A program made the position numbers and the translations under genes. The notes under the pieces were generated by a model. That model was given only the letters and a program-made list of their open reading frames with translations, was not told where the DNA came from and made no database searches. From the NCBI GenBank assembly GCA_965227775.1, contig OZ245777.1, positions 448,001 to 512,000 of the forward strand: a stretch of 64,000 nt of DNA. Direction: 5' to 3'. Below, piece after piece: positions 28,612 to 38,348 of the stretch. The stretch comes from Phycisphaerales bacterium (lineage in GTDB: Bacteria > Planctomycetota > Phycisphaerae > Phycisphaerales > UBA1924). How positions within the stretch are numbered: the first letter of the stretch is position 1; every line of letters begins with the position of its first letter.

Positions 28612-30333
28612 ATGCTCAAGTCTGCTCGTTCGTTCGAAGGCCTCGCCGGCCGAATGTCCTGCGTTGTTGCCGCCTGCGGGCTTGCAATCTCGGCTCCGGC
28701 GCTCGCGAAGCCCCAGGTGCTTGACTGGGTGCCCACCGAAGCGAGCGGCGTGATCGCCGTGAACAACCTGGGCGGCGCTTCGGGCGATCTGCAGGCCTTC
28801 TACCGGGCCAGCAACCTGCCGCCCATGGAAGGCGAGCTGCAGGCAATGTTCGCCGAGGTCGACGGCGTGGGTGTGGATGCCGGCCGGTCGGCCGCGTTCT
28901 TCTTCGTCGGCGGCGATACGAACAGCGTGATGCTGCTGCCGGTGACCAGCTACAAGGAGTTCGTGACCGCGCGCGGCGGTGTGGGTGCGGGCGTCGAAGA
29001 GATCGAGTTCGGCGGACAGAGCGTGTTCGTTCGGAAGGTCAACGAGACGTACGTCGCCATGAGCGACCGCGACGATTTCCTCGAGATGTGGAAGCCCGCC
29101 GATGGCCACATGGAAGCGCACGTCGCGGCCATTGGCGATCGCTCGTTCGACGCCGCCGGTGACGCCGACGTGTTCATCGTGGGTTCTATCGCGGCGCTGG
29201 CCGATGATTGGCGTCAGAGCTACGAGGGCATGAAGGGCATGGCGATGATGTTCGGCGGCCCCGAGGCCGCGCAGGGCTTCGGCGCCATCGACCCGCTCGT
29301 GGGCGCGTTCCTGACCGATGCGCAGACCGGTGTCGTCACGCTCGACTTTGCCGAGGACGGCGTAACCGCCCGCATGCTCAGCCGCTTCAAGGAGGGCTCG
29401 ATGCTTGCCGGCCTATTCCAGGGCAAGTCGAGCACCGAGGGGCTGCTGTCCCGCGTGCCCGACATGCCCTTCGCGATGGCCGCCGCGTTCGACACGTCGT
29501 CGCCTGGCGTGCAGAGCATCCTGGGCATGATGCAGGAGGGCATGGGCGACGAGATGGCCGGCCAGGGCCGCGCCATGATGGACATGCTGAACAACTCCAG
29601 CGGCGGCGCCATGGTGCTGGGCGCTCCCTCGATGCAGGAGATGAGCATCGGCGCTGGCGCTTTCGTGCGCAGCGCTGCGTACTACCGCTCGGACGAACCC
29701 GGCAAGCTGCAGGCGGCGATGGCCGACGGCATGAAGGTCGCCGATGGCCAGCGCACCGAGCAGGACGGCCTGGTCATCACCACCAACACGAGCTACCGCC
29801 CCGAGGCCCGCGTGATCGATGGCGTGACCGTCGACGAGTGGGGCGTGACGACCAACATCGAGGGCGAGGCCAACGAGCAGGCCATGCAGGCCCAGATGGC
29901 TATGAGCATGATGTTCGGCAGCAACGGCCTGGGCGGCTACGTGGCCCCCACCGACAACGGCGTGGTCATGACCATGTCGCGTAACAGCCAGATGCTCACC
30001 CAGACGCTGCAGACCGCGGCCAACGGCCAGGGCCTGGGCGCCAACGAGAGCATCGACGCCATCTCGGCCAAGCTGCCGGGCGACCGCGCACTCGAGCTGT
30101 ACATCGGTGTCGACCACCTGCTGGGCATCGGCGCTGCGTTCCTGGGCGATATCCCCGAGATGCCACCGGTGGCGATCGTTGCGGCCAGTGGCGACGGCAC
30201 CGCCGAGATCGCGCTGCACATTTCCCCAACAGTGATTGCCAAGGGCATGGAGCTCGGCATGATGTTCGGCGGCGGCATGGGCGGCCCGGGCATGGACTTC
30301 GATGACGGCGGGGAAGACGGACCGGCCTTCTGA
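28612..30333 (+). CDS. Secreted hypothetical protein (Met/Gly-rich; loosely DUF3352-like)
   Basis: AGGAGG RBS, signal peptide ending APALA, strong GC3 codon bias. Confidence 0.75.
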   Translation: MLKSARSFEGLAGRMSCVVAACGLAISAPALAKPQVLDWVPTEASGVIAVNNLGGASGDLQAFYRASNLPPMEGELQAMFAEVDGVGVDAGRSAAFFFVGGDTNSVMLLPVTSYKEFVTARGGVGAGVEEIEFGGQSVFVRKVNETYVAMSDRDDFLEMWKPADGHMEAHVAAIGDRSFDAAGDADVFIVGSIAALADDWRQSYEGMKGMAMMFGGPEAAQGFGAIDPLVGAFLTDAQTGVVTLDFAEDGVTARMLSRFKEGSMLAGLFQGKSSTEGLLSRVPDMPFAMAAAFDTSSPGVQSILGMMQEGMGDEMAGQGRAMMDMLNNSSGGAMVLGAPSMQEMSIGAGAFVRSAAYYRSDEPGKLQAAMADGMKVADGQRTEQDGLVITTNTSYRPEARVIDGVTVDEWGVTTNIEGEANEQAMQAQMAMSMMFGSNGLGGYVAPTDNGVVMTMSRNSQMLTQTLQTAANGQGLGANESIDAISAKLPGDRALELYIGVDHLLGIGAAFLGDIPEMPPVAIVAASGDGTAEIALHISPTVIAKGMELGMMFGGGMGGPGMDFDDGGEDGPAF

Positions 30334-31247
30334 CCAACGACTCGAACCAGCACGGACACTGGGCGCTTGCCCACGGACGCGCGGTCGCCCTCCAGCGGCC
30401 GCGCGTCGTTGCCATATTGAACGCCACACCCGACAGCTTCTACGACGGAGGAGAACTGTCGGGCGCTCACATTGCCGTCGAGCGCGCAAGCGAGGCCGTG
30501 CGTGATGGCGCGGCGATGGTCGACATCGGCGGCGAGAGCACACGCCCAGGTGCGCAGCGCGTGCCGGCCGATGAGCAGATCGCACGAGTCATTCCGATCA
30601 TCGAGGCCATCCGCGCGTGCGATGATCGCGGCGTAGCAAGCGTCCCGATCAGCATCGACACGACGCTGGGCGAGGTTGCTCGTGCCGCGATTGAGTCCGG
30701 AGCCGACGCGATCAACGACGTCTCGGGCGGCACCGAAGATCCCTCGCTGCTCGAGACCGCAGCAGACCTGGGCGCCGGGCTCGTGTTGATGCATAGGGGG
30801 GCGCCCCCACCCAAGGACAAGTACGCCGATGAGTACGGCAGCGAGCCAGCGTTCCCCGAGGGCGTCGTCGCGGCCGTACGAGCGACGCTCAATGAGCACA
30901 CGCGGCGTGCGATGGGCGCCGGCGTGCTACGCGAGCGGATCGTCATTGACCCAGGTTTCGGTTTTGGCAAGAGTGTGGAGCAGAACCTCGAGTTGCTTCG
31001 CAACCTCGATGAGCTGGCGTCACTCGGATTCCCGCTCTACGTTGGGGCAAGTCGGAAGCGCTTCGTTGGGCGCGTCTCGATTGGGCCCGAGAGCGAGCCG
31101 GCGGATCGGATGGCCGGCTCGATCGCGTGCACCGTGCTGGCCGCCCAGGGCGGGGCCCTTCTGCACCGCGTGCACGATCCGGCCGAACACGTGCAGGCGT
31201 TATCGGTGTGGAAGGCATGGAATGCCCAGCGCGATGCGGGGGTTTAG
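30330..31247 (+). CDS. folP: Dihydropteroate synthase
   Basis: 'ILNATPDSFYDGG', 'DIGGESTRPG', 'SIDT', 'INDVSGG', 'DPGFGFGK', 'SRKRF', 'RVHD'. Start inferred at CTG 30330 (see findings). Confidence 0.92.
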   Translation: MTNDSNQHGHWALAHGRAVALQRPRVVAILNATPDSFYDGGELSGAHIAVERASEAVRDGAAMVDIGGESTRPGAQRVPADEQIARVIPIIEAIRACDDRGVASVPISIDTTLGEVARAAIESGADAINDVSGGTEDPSLLETAADLGAGLVLMHRGAPPPKDKYADEYGSEPAFPEGVVAAVRATLNEHTRRAMGAGVLRERIVIDPGFGFGKSVEQNLELLRNLDELASLGFPLYVGASRKRFVGRVSIGPESEPADRMAGSIACTVLAAQGGALLHRVHDPAEHVQALSVWKAWNAQRDAGV

Positions 31248-31389
31248 CTCTCGCCCCGCGATTGCGACCGCCCGAGCGATGAGCACTGGTGGAAGGCAGG
31301 GTGGGGCTCGCTAGGATCGGGTGTTCGATTCTCGCGAGAACGAGACGGACGGGTCGTTCGCTGACCCAGATCGACGCAAGGAGCCACGC

Positions 31390-31728
31390 ATGGCCAACGA
31401 GCATGTCCAAGAGTTTACCGATGCTAACTTCGAGGCCGACGTGCTGAAGAGCGATCAGCCGGTGCTGGTCGATTTCTGGGCCGAATGGTGCATGCCGTGC
31501 CGGATGCTGGCGCCGATCGTCGATCAGCTCGCCGAAGACTTCGCCGGCAAGGTGAAGGTCGGCAAGCTCGACACTGATGCCAACCGTGAGGTCGCGGTGA
31601 AGTACGGCATCCACGCCATCCCGACGATCATCCTCTTCAAGGACGGCGAGCCGGTGGAGAAGTTCATCGGCCTGAAGAACCGCGAAGAGCTCGCCGCCGC
31701 AATGGACGGCGCCGTCGGCGCGGCCTGA
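31390..31728 (+). CDS. trxA: Thioredoxin
   Basis: AAGGAG RBS; 'VLVDFWAEWCMPCRM', 'IPT'. Confidence 0.93.
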   Translation: MANEHVQEFTDANFEADVLKSDQPVLVDFWAEWCMPCRMLAPIVDQLAEDFAGKVKVGKLDTDANREVAVKYGIHAIPTIILFKDGEPVEKFIGLKNREELAAAMDGAVGAA

Positions 31729-31765
31729 CGACTTCTTTCCACGCAGGCGATACAGTCACCCCCTG

Positions 31766-32911
31766 GTGAGCAGCACAGACCAACAGCCCGGCACGACCAA
31801 CGGCGCCCGCCTTCGCTGCGGAGCCGTTGGTGTCGGTCGTATGGGCCGCCACCACGCGCGCGTGTACGGCCAGCTTCCCGACACCGAGCTGGTTGGCGTG
31901 GTCGATGCCGACATCGAGCGCGCGGCCGACATGGCCGAGCAATTCGGCGGCAAGGCATTCAGCAGCCTCGACGAGTTGCTGGCTGAGGGCGTCGATGCCG
32001 TATCGATCGCCGCACCGACGACGGCCCACCGAGACCTGGCCGAGCGATGCATCAATGCTGGCGTGCACTGCCTGATCGAAAAGCCGCTGGCCGGCACCTC
32101 GAAGGACGCCGAGGCCATCCGCGACCTGGCCGAGCAGCGCGGCGTGGTTCTCATGGTCGGGCACATCGAGCGGTTCAACCCGATCATGCGGGCGATGCAG
32201 AGGGCGACGGCCGAAGACGATTCGATCACGCCTCGCTTCATCGAGGTGCACCGCGTCAGCCCGATGACCTTCCGCAGCGTCGACATCGGCGTGGTCATGG
32301 ACATGATGATCCACGATCTGGACGTCGTGCTCATGCTCATGGGTGGGCAGGAGCCCGACGAGATCCAGGCCGCCGGCGTTGCGGTCGTGACCGAGCACGA
32401 GGACATCTGCAACGCCCGGCTGACCTGGCGCAAGCCTGGCGGCGCGTGCGTAGCCAACATCACCGCCAGCCGCCTGGCGCTCAAGACCGAGCGCGTGACC
32501 CGCATCACGGGCGAAAAGGCCTACATCAAGCTTGACTATGGCGCCAAAACGGGCGTGATCATCCGCCGCACGGCCAACGAGTTGCAGATGCAGGAGATCC
32601 AGTCCCAGCTGCGCAGCGGCGTCGATCTGACCGACCTGAAGTGGGACGAGTTGGTCAACGTCGAGCAGCTCGAGATCGATGACGGCGAGCCCATCGTCAT
32701 GGAGATCCGCGCGTTCCTCGACGCGATCCGCACCGGAAGCCCGCCGCCGATCGACGCCAAGGCCGGGTTCGCTAACGTGCGGACCGCCCAGCGCATCGTC
32801 GAGGCCATCCGCTCGACCATGGGCGAGAATCTCGCCGCGTCCAATCCCAACATCGAAGGAGTGACCGGCCCGGGGCAGGAAGCACCCGTCGGCCGACCCA
32901 CCAATCGCTGA
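31766..32911 (+). CDS. Gfo/Idh/MocA oxidoreductase (GnnA-like)
   Basis: 'GVGRMGRHH', 'EKP', 'VGHIERFNP', 'DMMIHDLD'. Confidence 0.85.
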   Translation: MSSTDQQPGTTNGARLRCGAVGVGRMGRHHARVYGQLPDTELVGVVDADIERAADMAEQFGGKAFSSLDELLAEGVDAVSIAAPTTAHRDLAERCINAGVHCLIEKPLAGTSKDAEAIRDLAEQRGVVLMVGHIERFNPIMRAMQRATAEDDSITPRFIEVHRVSPMTFRSVDIGVVMDMMIHDLDVVLMLMGGQEPDEIQAAGVAVVTEHEDICNARLTWRKPGGACVANITASRLALKTERVTRITGEKAYIKLDYGAKTGVIIRRTANELQMQEIQSQLRSGVDLTDLKWDELVNVEQLEIDDGEPIVMEIRAFLDAIRTGSPPPIDAKAGFANVRTAQRIVEAIRSTMGENLAASNPNIEGVTGPGQEAPVGRPTNR

Positions 32912-33054
32912 TCAGGCCGACGCACCGCCAGGGCGACCCGCTCAACGGCGCACCAGCCTTGCTCGCCCGCACGGACGCAACTTCCGCTAGACTTCCCCCC
33001 GTTCCGGTGGCGTCGCCCGCCGGTCGCACGCTCACCCGTCCGAGACCCAACGCC

Positions 33055-34434
33055 ATGGCCGACCAGCAGCCCAGCACGACCCAGAGCCCCTCGCCGACGC
33101 CTCCCGCCGATTCGGCTCCGAAGCCCGAACCGACGACCCAGGCTCCCGAGACCATGCCCAAGACCGAGGCGCTCAGCGACGAGCTATCGAAGCAGATCGA
33201 CGCGGCCATGGAAGCGTCGACCCCGCCGGCAGACGGCGCGCCAGGCGGCGGCTCGGGCAAGCAGCCCGGTCAGGGCGGCATCCGCGGACCGCGCGTTGTC
33301 GGCGGGCAGGGCCGGCCCAACCTCCGCGAGGGCAAGGTCGTCAACGTCACAGAGAGCGACATCTTCCTCGAGTTTGGCCCCAAGGAACTCGGCATCGTCT
33401 CACGCGACCAGTGGCGCGAGGGCGAGAACCTGCCCGAGGCCGGCCAAGACCTGGAAGTGATCGTCGAGCGATTCGACAAGGCCGAGTCGATCTACGTGTG
33501 CGCCCGCCCCGGCGCCATCCGCAAGGCCATCTGGGACACGCTGCAAAGCGGCCAGGTCGTCGAGGCGACGTGCGTGGGCACAAACAAGGGCGGGCTCGAG
33601 ATGGAACTCGCCGGCGGGCACCGCGCGTTCCTGCCAGCCAGCCAAGTTGCCATCGAGCGTGTGAACGACCTGGACAAGTTCGTGGGCCAGAAGCTCGAGT
33701 GCGAGGTGCAGCGCGTCGAGCGGCGCGGCCAGGGCAACGTCGTGCTCAGCCGGCGGTCGATCCTCGAGAAGGAGCGCGCCAAGGAAGCCGAGAAGCTCAA
33801 GGACACGCTGGCGGTCGGCCAGGTGGTCGAGGGCACGGTGCAGCGCATCGCGCCGTTCGGCGCGTTCGTCGACATCGGCGGCATCGACGGACTCGTGCAC
33901 GTGTCGGATCTCTCACACGACCGCATCGGCCAGGGCGAGAACGCCGTGCGCAAGGTCGTGAAGGAGGGCCAGCAGGTCCGCGTCGAGATCCTGAAGATCG
34001 ACTGGGAGAACCAGCGCATCGGCCTTGGCATGAAGCAGCTCCAGGCCGACCCGTTCACCGAGAAGGTGGGCGAGATCGAGGAAGGCGCCGAGGTCTCGGG
34101 CCGCGTCACGAAGATCATGGACTTCGGCGCGTTCGTTGAGGTGGCCCCGGGCGTCGAGGGCCTCGTGCACATCTCTGAGCTCGACCACAAGCGCGTCAAG
34201 GCCGTGAGCGACGCGGTGAAGCCCGACGAGGTCGTGAACGTGAAGGTCCTGAGCATCGAGCCGGGCAAGCGTCGCATCAGCCTGAGCATCAAGGCGCTCA
34301 AGCCGGCCCCGGCCGGCGCGAAGGGCAAGGGCGAGCGTGGCCCGAGCGCCGACGAGATCCTGAAGGAGACGCCCCAGCTCCGCCGCCTTCGTGAGAAGTT
34401 TGGCAACAGCGGCTTCAAGGGCGGCCTGGGCTGA
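33055..34434 (+). CDS. S1 RNA-binding domain protein (short RpsA-like, 4 S1 domains)
   Basis: Four S1 repeats ('AFLPASQ', 'FGAFVDIGGIDGLVHVSDLS', 'FGAFVEVAPGVEGLVHISEL'); Pro-rich N-terminus. Confidence 0.9.
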   Translation: MADQQPSTTQSPSPTPPADSAPKPEPTTQAPETMPKTEALSDELSKQIDAAMEASTPPADGAPGGGSGKQPGQGGIRGPRVVGGQGRPNLREGKVVNVTESDIFLEFGPKELGIVSRDQWREGENLPEAGQDLEVIVERFDKAESIYVCARPGAIRKAIWDTLQSGQVVEATCVGTNKGGLEMELAGGHRAFLPASQVAIERVNDLDKFVGQKLECEVQRVERRGQGNVVLSRRSILEKERAKEAEKLKDTLAVGQVVEGTVQRIAPFGAFVDIGGIDGLVHVSDLSHDRIGQGENAVRKVVKEGQQVRVEILKIDWENQRIGLGMKQLQADPFTEKVGEIEEGAEVSGRVTKIMDFGAFVEVAPGVEGLVHISELDHKRVKAVSDAVKPDEVVNVKVLSIEPGKRRISLSIKALKPAPAGAKGKGERGPSADEILKETPQLRRLREKFGNSGFKGGLG

Positions 34435-34455
34435 ATTCGTCTTGGAGCTTGAGGC

Positions 34456-34483
34456 AAGAACCCACGCGACGGCGTGGGTTCTT
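34456..34483. terminator. Bidirectional hairpin terminator between the S1 gene and dut
   Basis: AAGAACCCACGC-GACG-GCGTGGGTTCTT, 12-bp perfect stem between convergent genes. Confidence 0.75.
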
Positions 34484-34947
34484 CATGCGCCGGCCGAAAT
34501 GCCCGTGGAGCCGAAGCCTTGTGCACCTCGGGCGGTCTCGTCGAGGTCGTCGACGACGACCACGTCGCACATGGCGACCGGGGCGATGACGAGCTGGGCG
34601 ATGCGGTCGCCGTGCTCGATGGTCTGGCGGTCCTTCGAGAGGTTGATCAGCGCAATGCGCAGCTCGCCGCGGTAGTCGGCGTCGATCGTGCCGGGCGCGT
34701 TGGGCACCGTGATGCCGCGCTTGGTGGCCAGGCCCGACCGCGGGCGGACCTGTCCCTCGAAGCCGTCGGGGATGGCGATCGCCAGGCCGGTGGGAACAAC
34801 GGCGATCTCGCCGGGTCCGAGTGTAATGCTGGGTGCCGCTTCGGGCAGGCACGCGCCGACGTCAAGACCAGCGGCCAGCGCGCTCTGGCGGCGCGGCACG
34901 GTCGCGCGCCCATCGAGCACGCGGAAACGAACCGGCGGGGGCGTCAT
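34483..34947 (-). CDS. dut: dUTP diphosphatase
   Basis: 'AAGLDV', 'RPRSGLA', 'GTIDADYRGE', 'DRIAQL', 'RGAQGFGSTG'. Confidence 0.95.
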   Translation of the reverse strand: MTPPPVRFRVLDGRATVPRRQSALAAGLDVGACLPEAAPSITLGPGEIAVVPTGLAIAIPDGFEGQVRPRSGLATKRGITVPNAPGTIDADYRGELRIALINLSKDRQTIEHGDRIAQLVIAPVAMCDVVVVDDLDETARGAQGFGSTGISAGA

Positions 34948-35243
34948 CGAGCGTGGGCCCAGCGGTGGCCGCTCTCGACCTGAGCCGAACTCGACAGGCT
35001 GGCAAGCTGGCGGTCGGCCGAGGCGATGATCCGTTCGGCCGACTGGATGGCGCGGTCGAGGCTGCTGACGCCGGCCACGCGCTTATAGGTGTCACCGCCA
35101 GGCCGCTGGGCCATGCGGGCCTCGCTCTCATCGCGAGCGTTGCGGAGCTCTAGCAGCGCCACCTCGGCCCGCGCACGCGTGGCGCGGAGTTCGGCCAGCA
35201 GCGTCGGCAGGTCGGGCTTCTTCGTTATGGTGGCGGTGGCCAT
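34944..35243 (-). CDS. Hypothetical small helical protein
   Basis: 99 aa; ATGA overlap with the dut start suggests translational coupling. Confidence 0.6.
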   Translation of the reverse strand: MATATITKKPDLPTLLAELRATRARAEVALLELRNARDESEARMAQRPGGDTYKRVAGVSSLDRAIQSAERIIASADRQLASLSSSAQVESGHRWAHAR

Positions 35244-35372
35244 TGTGTGGTGGGGTCTCGCGTGCGGGCGTGGCTCTGCAGAGTTGGAGCGGCTCCGCGA
35301 TGGCGTGAACGCAAGTTTAGCCGTCTCTTGTTGGTCGGATCGCCTCCTGAGTTTCTACCTGCGTGTGCCGAA

Positions 35373-36989
35373 TTAGTGGTTTCCCGCACTCTCTCCGAGG
35401 CTGGGGATCCATCGCCGCAGCTCAGCAAGCACCGCATCGCGGTTGGTCGGGTCGGGCATGGCTCGGAGCGACCGCAGGGCCTCGAAGCCATCGGGCCAGC
35501 CCGAGCCGTCGCCGGCATCTCGCAACCGAAGCACGCCGGGGCAGGAAGTCTCGATCAGTTCTTCGGCCGCATGGACGAGCACCTCGTGCAGCTTCTCGCC
35601 GGGTCGGATGCCCGTCTCGATGATCGGGTGTTGGCCCGGGCCGGTGGTGCCCCCAGTCCAGGCAGCATCAAGGCCGTGGGCCCGGGCGAAGCGTTCGGCC
35701 AGCGTCGCGATCTCGACGGGCTCGCCCATGTCGAGCACGTAGACGCCGCAGCCCCCGTCAGACGAACCTTCATCCGGCTCGAGCGCACCTGCGTGGGCAA
35801 CCAGCAGCGCCGCCTCGCCGATGGTCATGAAGAACCTTGTCATGCGGCGGTCGGTGATGGTGATGGGCTGGCCCTCGGCGACCTGGGCACTCCAGATGCG
35901 CAGAACGCTCGCGGCCGAGCCCAGGACGTTGCCGAAGCGAACGATCGAGACGCGCGTCGGCCGGCCCTCCGCCCTGGACCGCGCATCGGCAGCGATGCCA
36001 TAAGCCTCGGCCAGCCGCTTGGTCGCGCCCATGACCGAGCGCGGCGCGACGGCCTTGTCGGTCGACACCAGCACGACGCGGTGCGCGCCGGCCTCGATGG
36101 CCGCGTCGACCAGCGCGGCCGTGCCCATCGCGTTGTTGGCGATGGCCTGGGCCGGGTGGTCTTCCATGAGCGGCACGTGCTTGTGCGCCGCGGTGTGGAA
36201 GACGATCTGGGGGCGCTCCTGGCCCAGCAAGCGCCGCGTGCCGGCGCGGTCGGCCACGTCGTGCAGCAGCGCGCGGCGGGCGACGTCGGGGTGCGCCCAC
36301 GCCAGTCGACGGTCGATCTCGAAGAGCGCGTTCTCGGCGCGCTCCATCAGGATCATCGACGCCGGCGAGAAGCGCGCGCACAGGCGGGCCAGCTCGCTGC
36401 CGATCGAGCCGCCCGCGCCGGTGACGAGCACGCGCTTGCCGTGGATGAGCTCGCGCAGCGGCGTCTCGTCGGTCTCGCGCATGGGCCGGCCGATGAGCGC
36501 CTGCAGATCGATGACCGGCGCGGTGCTCATAGTCGCGCCGGCTCTGGAATCGGGCGGCCCACCGAGCCCAACCAGCACCGGCGGCTGGCGCTTCAAGAGA
36601 TCAACGACCGGCGGCAGGAAGCGTTCCTCGAGCCCGGCCTCCTGGATCGCCTGACGCACGCGCGCGATGCCCGCGTGGTCGTCAAGCGGCAGGCTCACGA
36701 TTGCGACGCGCACGCCCATGTTCTCGCGGACGTTCTCGAGCGCTTCGAGCGAACCGAGGGTCGGCACGCCGATCAATCCAGTGTGCCCCCTCTCGCCGAT
36801 GCCGGTGAGCACGAGGCCGACGATCATGGGCCCGCCCTCGGGGATCGACCGGGCGGCCAGGGCAGCCGTTGTTGCATCGCCGATGATGACGCTGGGCACG
36901 CCCGCGAGGGGCAGGAGGCTACGGGCCGTTGCCCTGGTTGTGGGCGTGGGCGCGGCCCCGGGCGTGGCACTCTGGGCAAGCTGGCTCAT
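35373..36989 (-). CDS. Nucleoside-diphosphate-sugar 4,6-dehydratase (CapD/WbpM/PglF-like), soluble form
   Basis: 'TGAGGSIGSEL', 'AAHKHVP', 'STDKAV', 'MGATKR', 'RFGNVLGS', 'IRPGEKL'; lacks N-terminal TM segments. Confidence 0.9.
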   Translation of the reverse strand: MSQLAQSATPGAAPTPTTRATARSLLPLAGVPSVIIGDATTAALAARSIPEGGPMIVGLVLTGIGERGHTGLIGVPTLGSLEALENVRENMGVRVAIVSLPLDDHAGIARVRQAIQEAGLEERFLPPVVDLLKRQPPVLVGLGGPPDSRAGATMSTAPVIDLQALIGRPMRETDETPLRELIHGKRVLVTGAGGSIGSELARLCARFSPASMILMERAENALFEIDRRLAWAHPDVARRALLHDVADRAGTRRLLGQERPQIVFHTAAHKHVPLMEDHPAQAIANNAMGTAALVDAAIEAGAHRVVLVSTDKAVAPRSVMGATKRLAEAYGIAADARSRAEGRPTRVSIVRFGNVLGSAASVLRIWSAQVAEGQPITITDRRMTRFFMTIGEAALLVAHAGALEPDEGSSDGGCGVYVLDMGEPVEIATLAERFARAHGLDAAWTGGTTGPGQHPIIETGIRPGEKLHEVLVHAAEELIETSCPGVLRLRDAGDGSGWPDGFEALRSLRAMPDPTNRDAVLAELRRWIPSLGESAGNH

Positions 36990-37107
36990 GGGTGGTGTAT
37001 CGGCCGGATGGCGCGGACAGCGGCAGTCGAGCACGGATATCCGAGTCTGGATTGCCAACTCCGCAATGGTAAAGCCGGGTGTGCATCAGTCGCGTTAGGA
37101 TCGTCTG

Positions 37108-37686
37108 ATGCTCGAATGGGCGGAGACCATCGCGGCGTGGCTGCTGGAGTTGCCCAAGGGGCAGAAGCTCGGAGTCATGTGGATTTCGGTGATCTACGTC
37201 GTGCCGATCCTCGTTGCCACCTCGTTCGCCGCGTCGATGCACAAGTGGATGGGACCGAGCGACCCCGTGAAGTGGTGGCGGAGGATCTCCGTCAAGCCGT
37301 ATCGCCAAGGGTTGCTTGCCAGCCGGCGGCGGGCGGTGACGGCCTCGCTGGTGCTCGCGGCTTGGAGCCTTCCGCTGCTGGTTGCCGTCGCTGTCGAGCA
37401 CGCCGCGTGGACGGCGCCCGAGGCCATCGCCGTGTACGAGCGATCCGTCGAGGCCGGCCAGACGTTCGACGATGCAACTCAGCAAGAAGGGGAGCATGAT
37501 CCCGCAACCTGGGCCAGCCACGGCCGGGTCTATCCGTGGGCGGTCCTTGGTTTCGTTCTGGCGATGGCCGTCGCGTTCCAGGTTTTCTTATGGCTCGGCT
37601 ATTGGAGGCACGCTGCCAGCGTGCAGGCATCTGCAGTCACGACCGATCGCGGTGGCTACGTCGGACCACCATCCCGAGTCGAGTGA
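37108..37686 (+). CDS. Hypothetical membrane protein
   Basis: Three hydrophobic segments; 192 aa. Confidence 0.6.
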   Translation: MLEWAETIAAWLLELPKGQKLGVMWISVIYVVPILVATSFAASMHKWMGPSDPVKWWRRISVKPYRQGLLASRRRAVTASLVLAAWSLPLLVAVAVEHAAWTAPEAIAVYERSVEAGQTFDDATQQEGEHDPATWASHGRVYPWAVLGFVLAMAVAFQVFLWLGYWRHAASVQASAVTTDRGGYVGPPSRVE

Positions 37687-38336
37687 TCAGACGGGTGGTA
37701 GCCGCACTCGGGGCAGCGGATGGCGCCGTCGCTCGACGCCGATCCCGGAAGGCCCGAGAGGTCGTAGCCGCAGTTCATGCACAGGCCCTTGGTGAATCGA
37801 CCGACGGGCAGGAACGGGGCAAGGGCGAGCGCGGCGATGGCGCTGCCCAGGGGGATGACGCCCAGGACCATCGGCATCGCGGCGTCGCCCTGGGACAACA
37901 GGCCGACCCGGATCATCGCCAGGATGACCAATGGCGTGGCAACGGCGGCGGCCACGCCCGCGAGCGTCATCGCGGCCATCAGCATGTGCATCGAACGCGT
38001 GCCCAGCCGGGCGGCGGCGACGCCCAGGCCCGTGAGCTGGCCGTACCACACCGGCGTGACGAGGATGGCGACGAACGTGCCGATGACGACGGCGAAGCCC
38101 ATCGTCGAGCTCGGGTTTGCGTTGAGCCGGGCGTAGCCCGCGAGCAGGCACGCGGCCATGCCGACCGCGACGTAGAGCCACGCCCACGCGTAGGCCGGGC
38201 CGTCGCTGGCGAGCCGGTTCTTCGGGCCGCGCTTGTTGAGGATCAGCAGCGCGGCGATGCCCAGAGCGCCGGCCAGGAGCAGCGCGATGGCTGCCTGCGG
38301 CAGGCCCCAGCCCCACGACTCGCGGACGAGGTCCAT
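37656..38336 (-). CDS. Membrane protein with C-terminal CxxCGYDL...CPECG zinc ribbon
   Basis: About 5 TM segments; 'CMNCGYDLSGL...RCPECG'. Confidence 0.75.
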   Translation of the reverse strand: MDLVRESWGWGLPQAAIALLLAGALGIAALLILNKRGPKNRLASDGPAYAWAWLYVAVGMAACLLAGYARLNANPSSTMGFAVVIGTFVAILVTPVWYGQLTGLGVAAARLGTRSMHMLMAAMTLAGVAAAVATPLVILAMIRVGLLSQGDAAMPMVLGVIPLGSAIAALALAPFLPVGRFTKGLCMNCGYDLSGLPGSASSDGAIRCPECGYHPSDHSTRDGGPT

Positions 38337-38348
38337 GGCTCGCGACTC

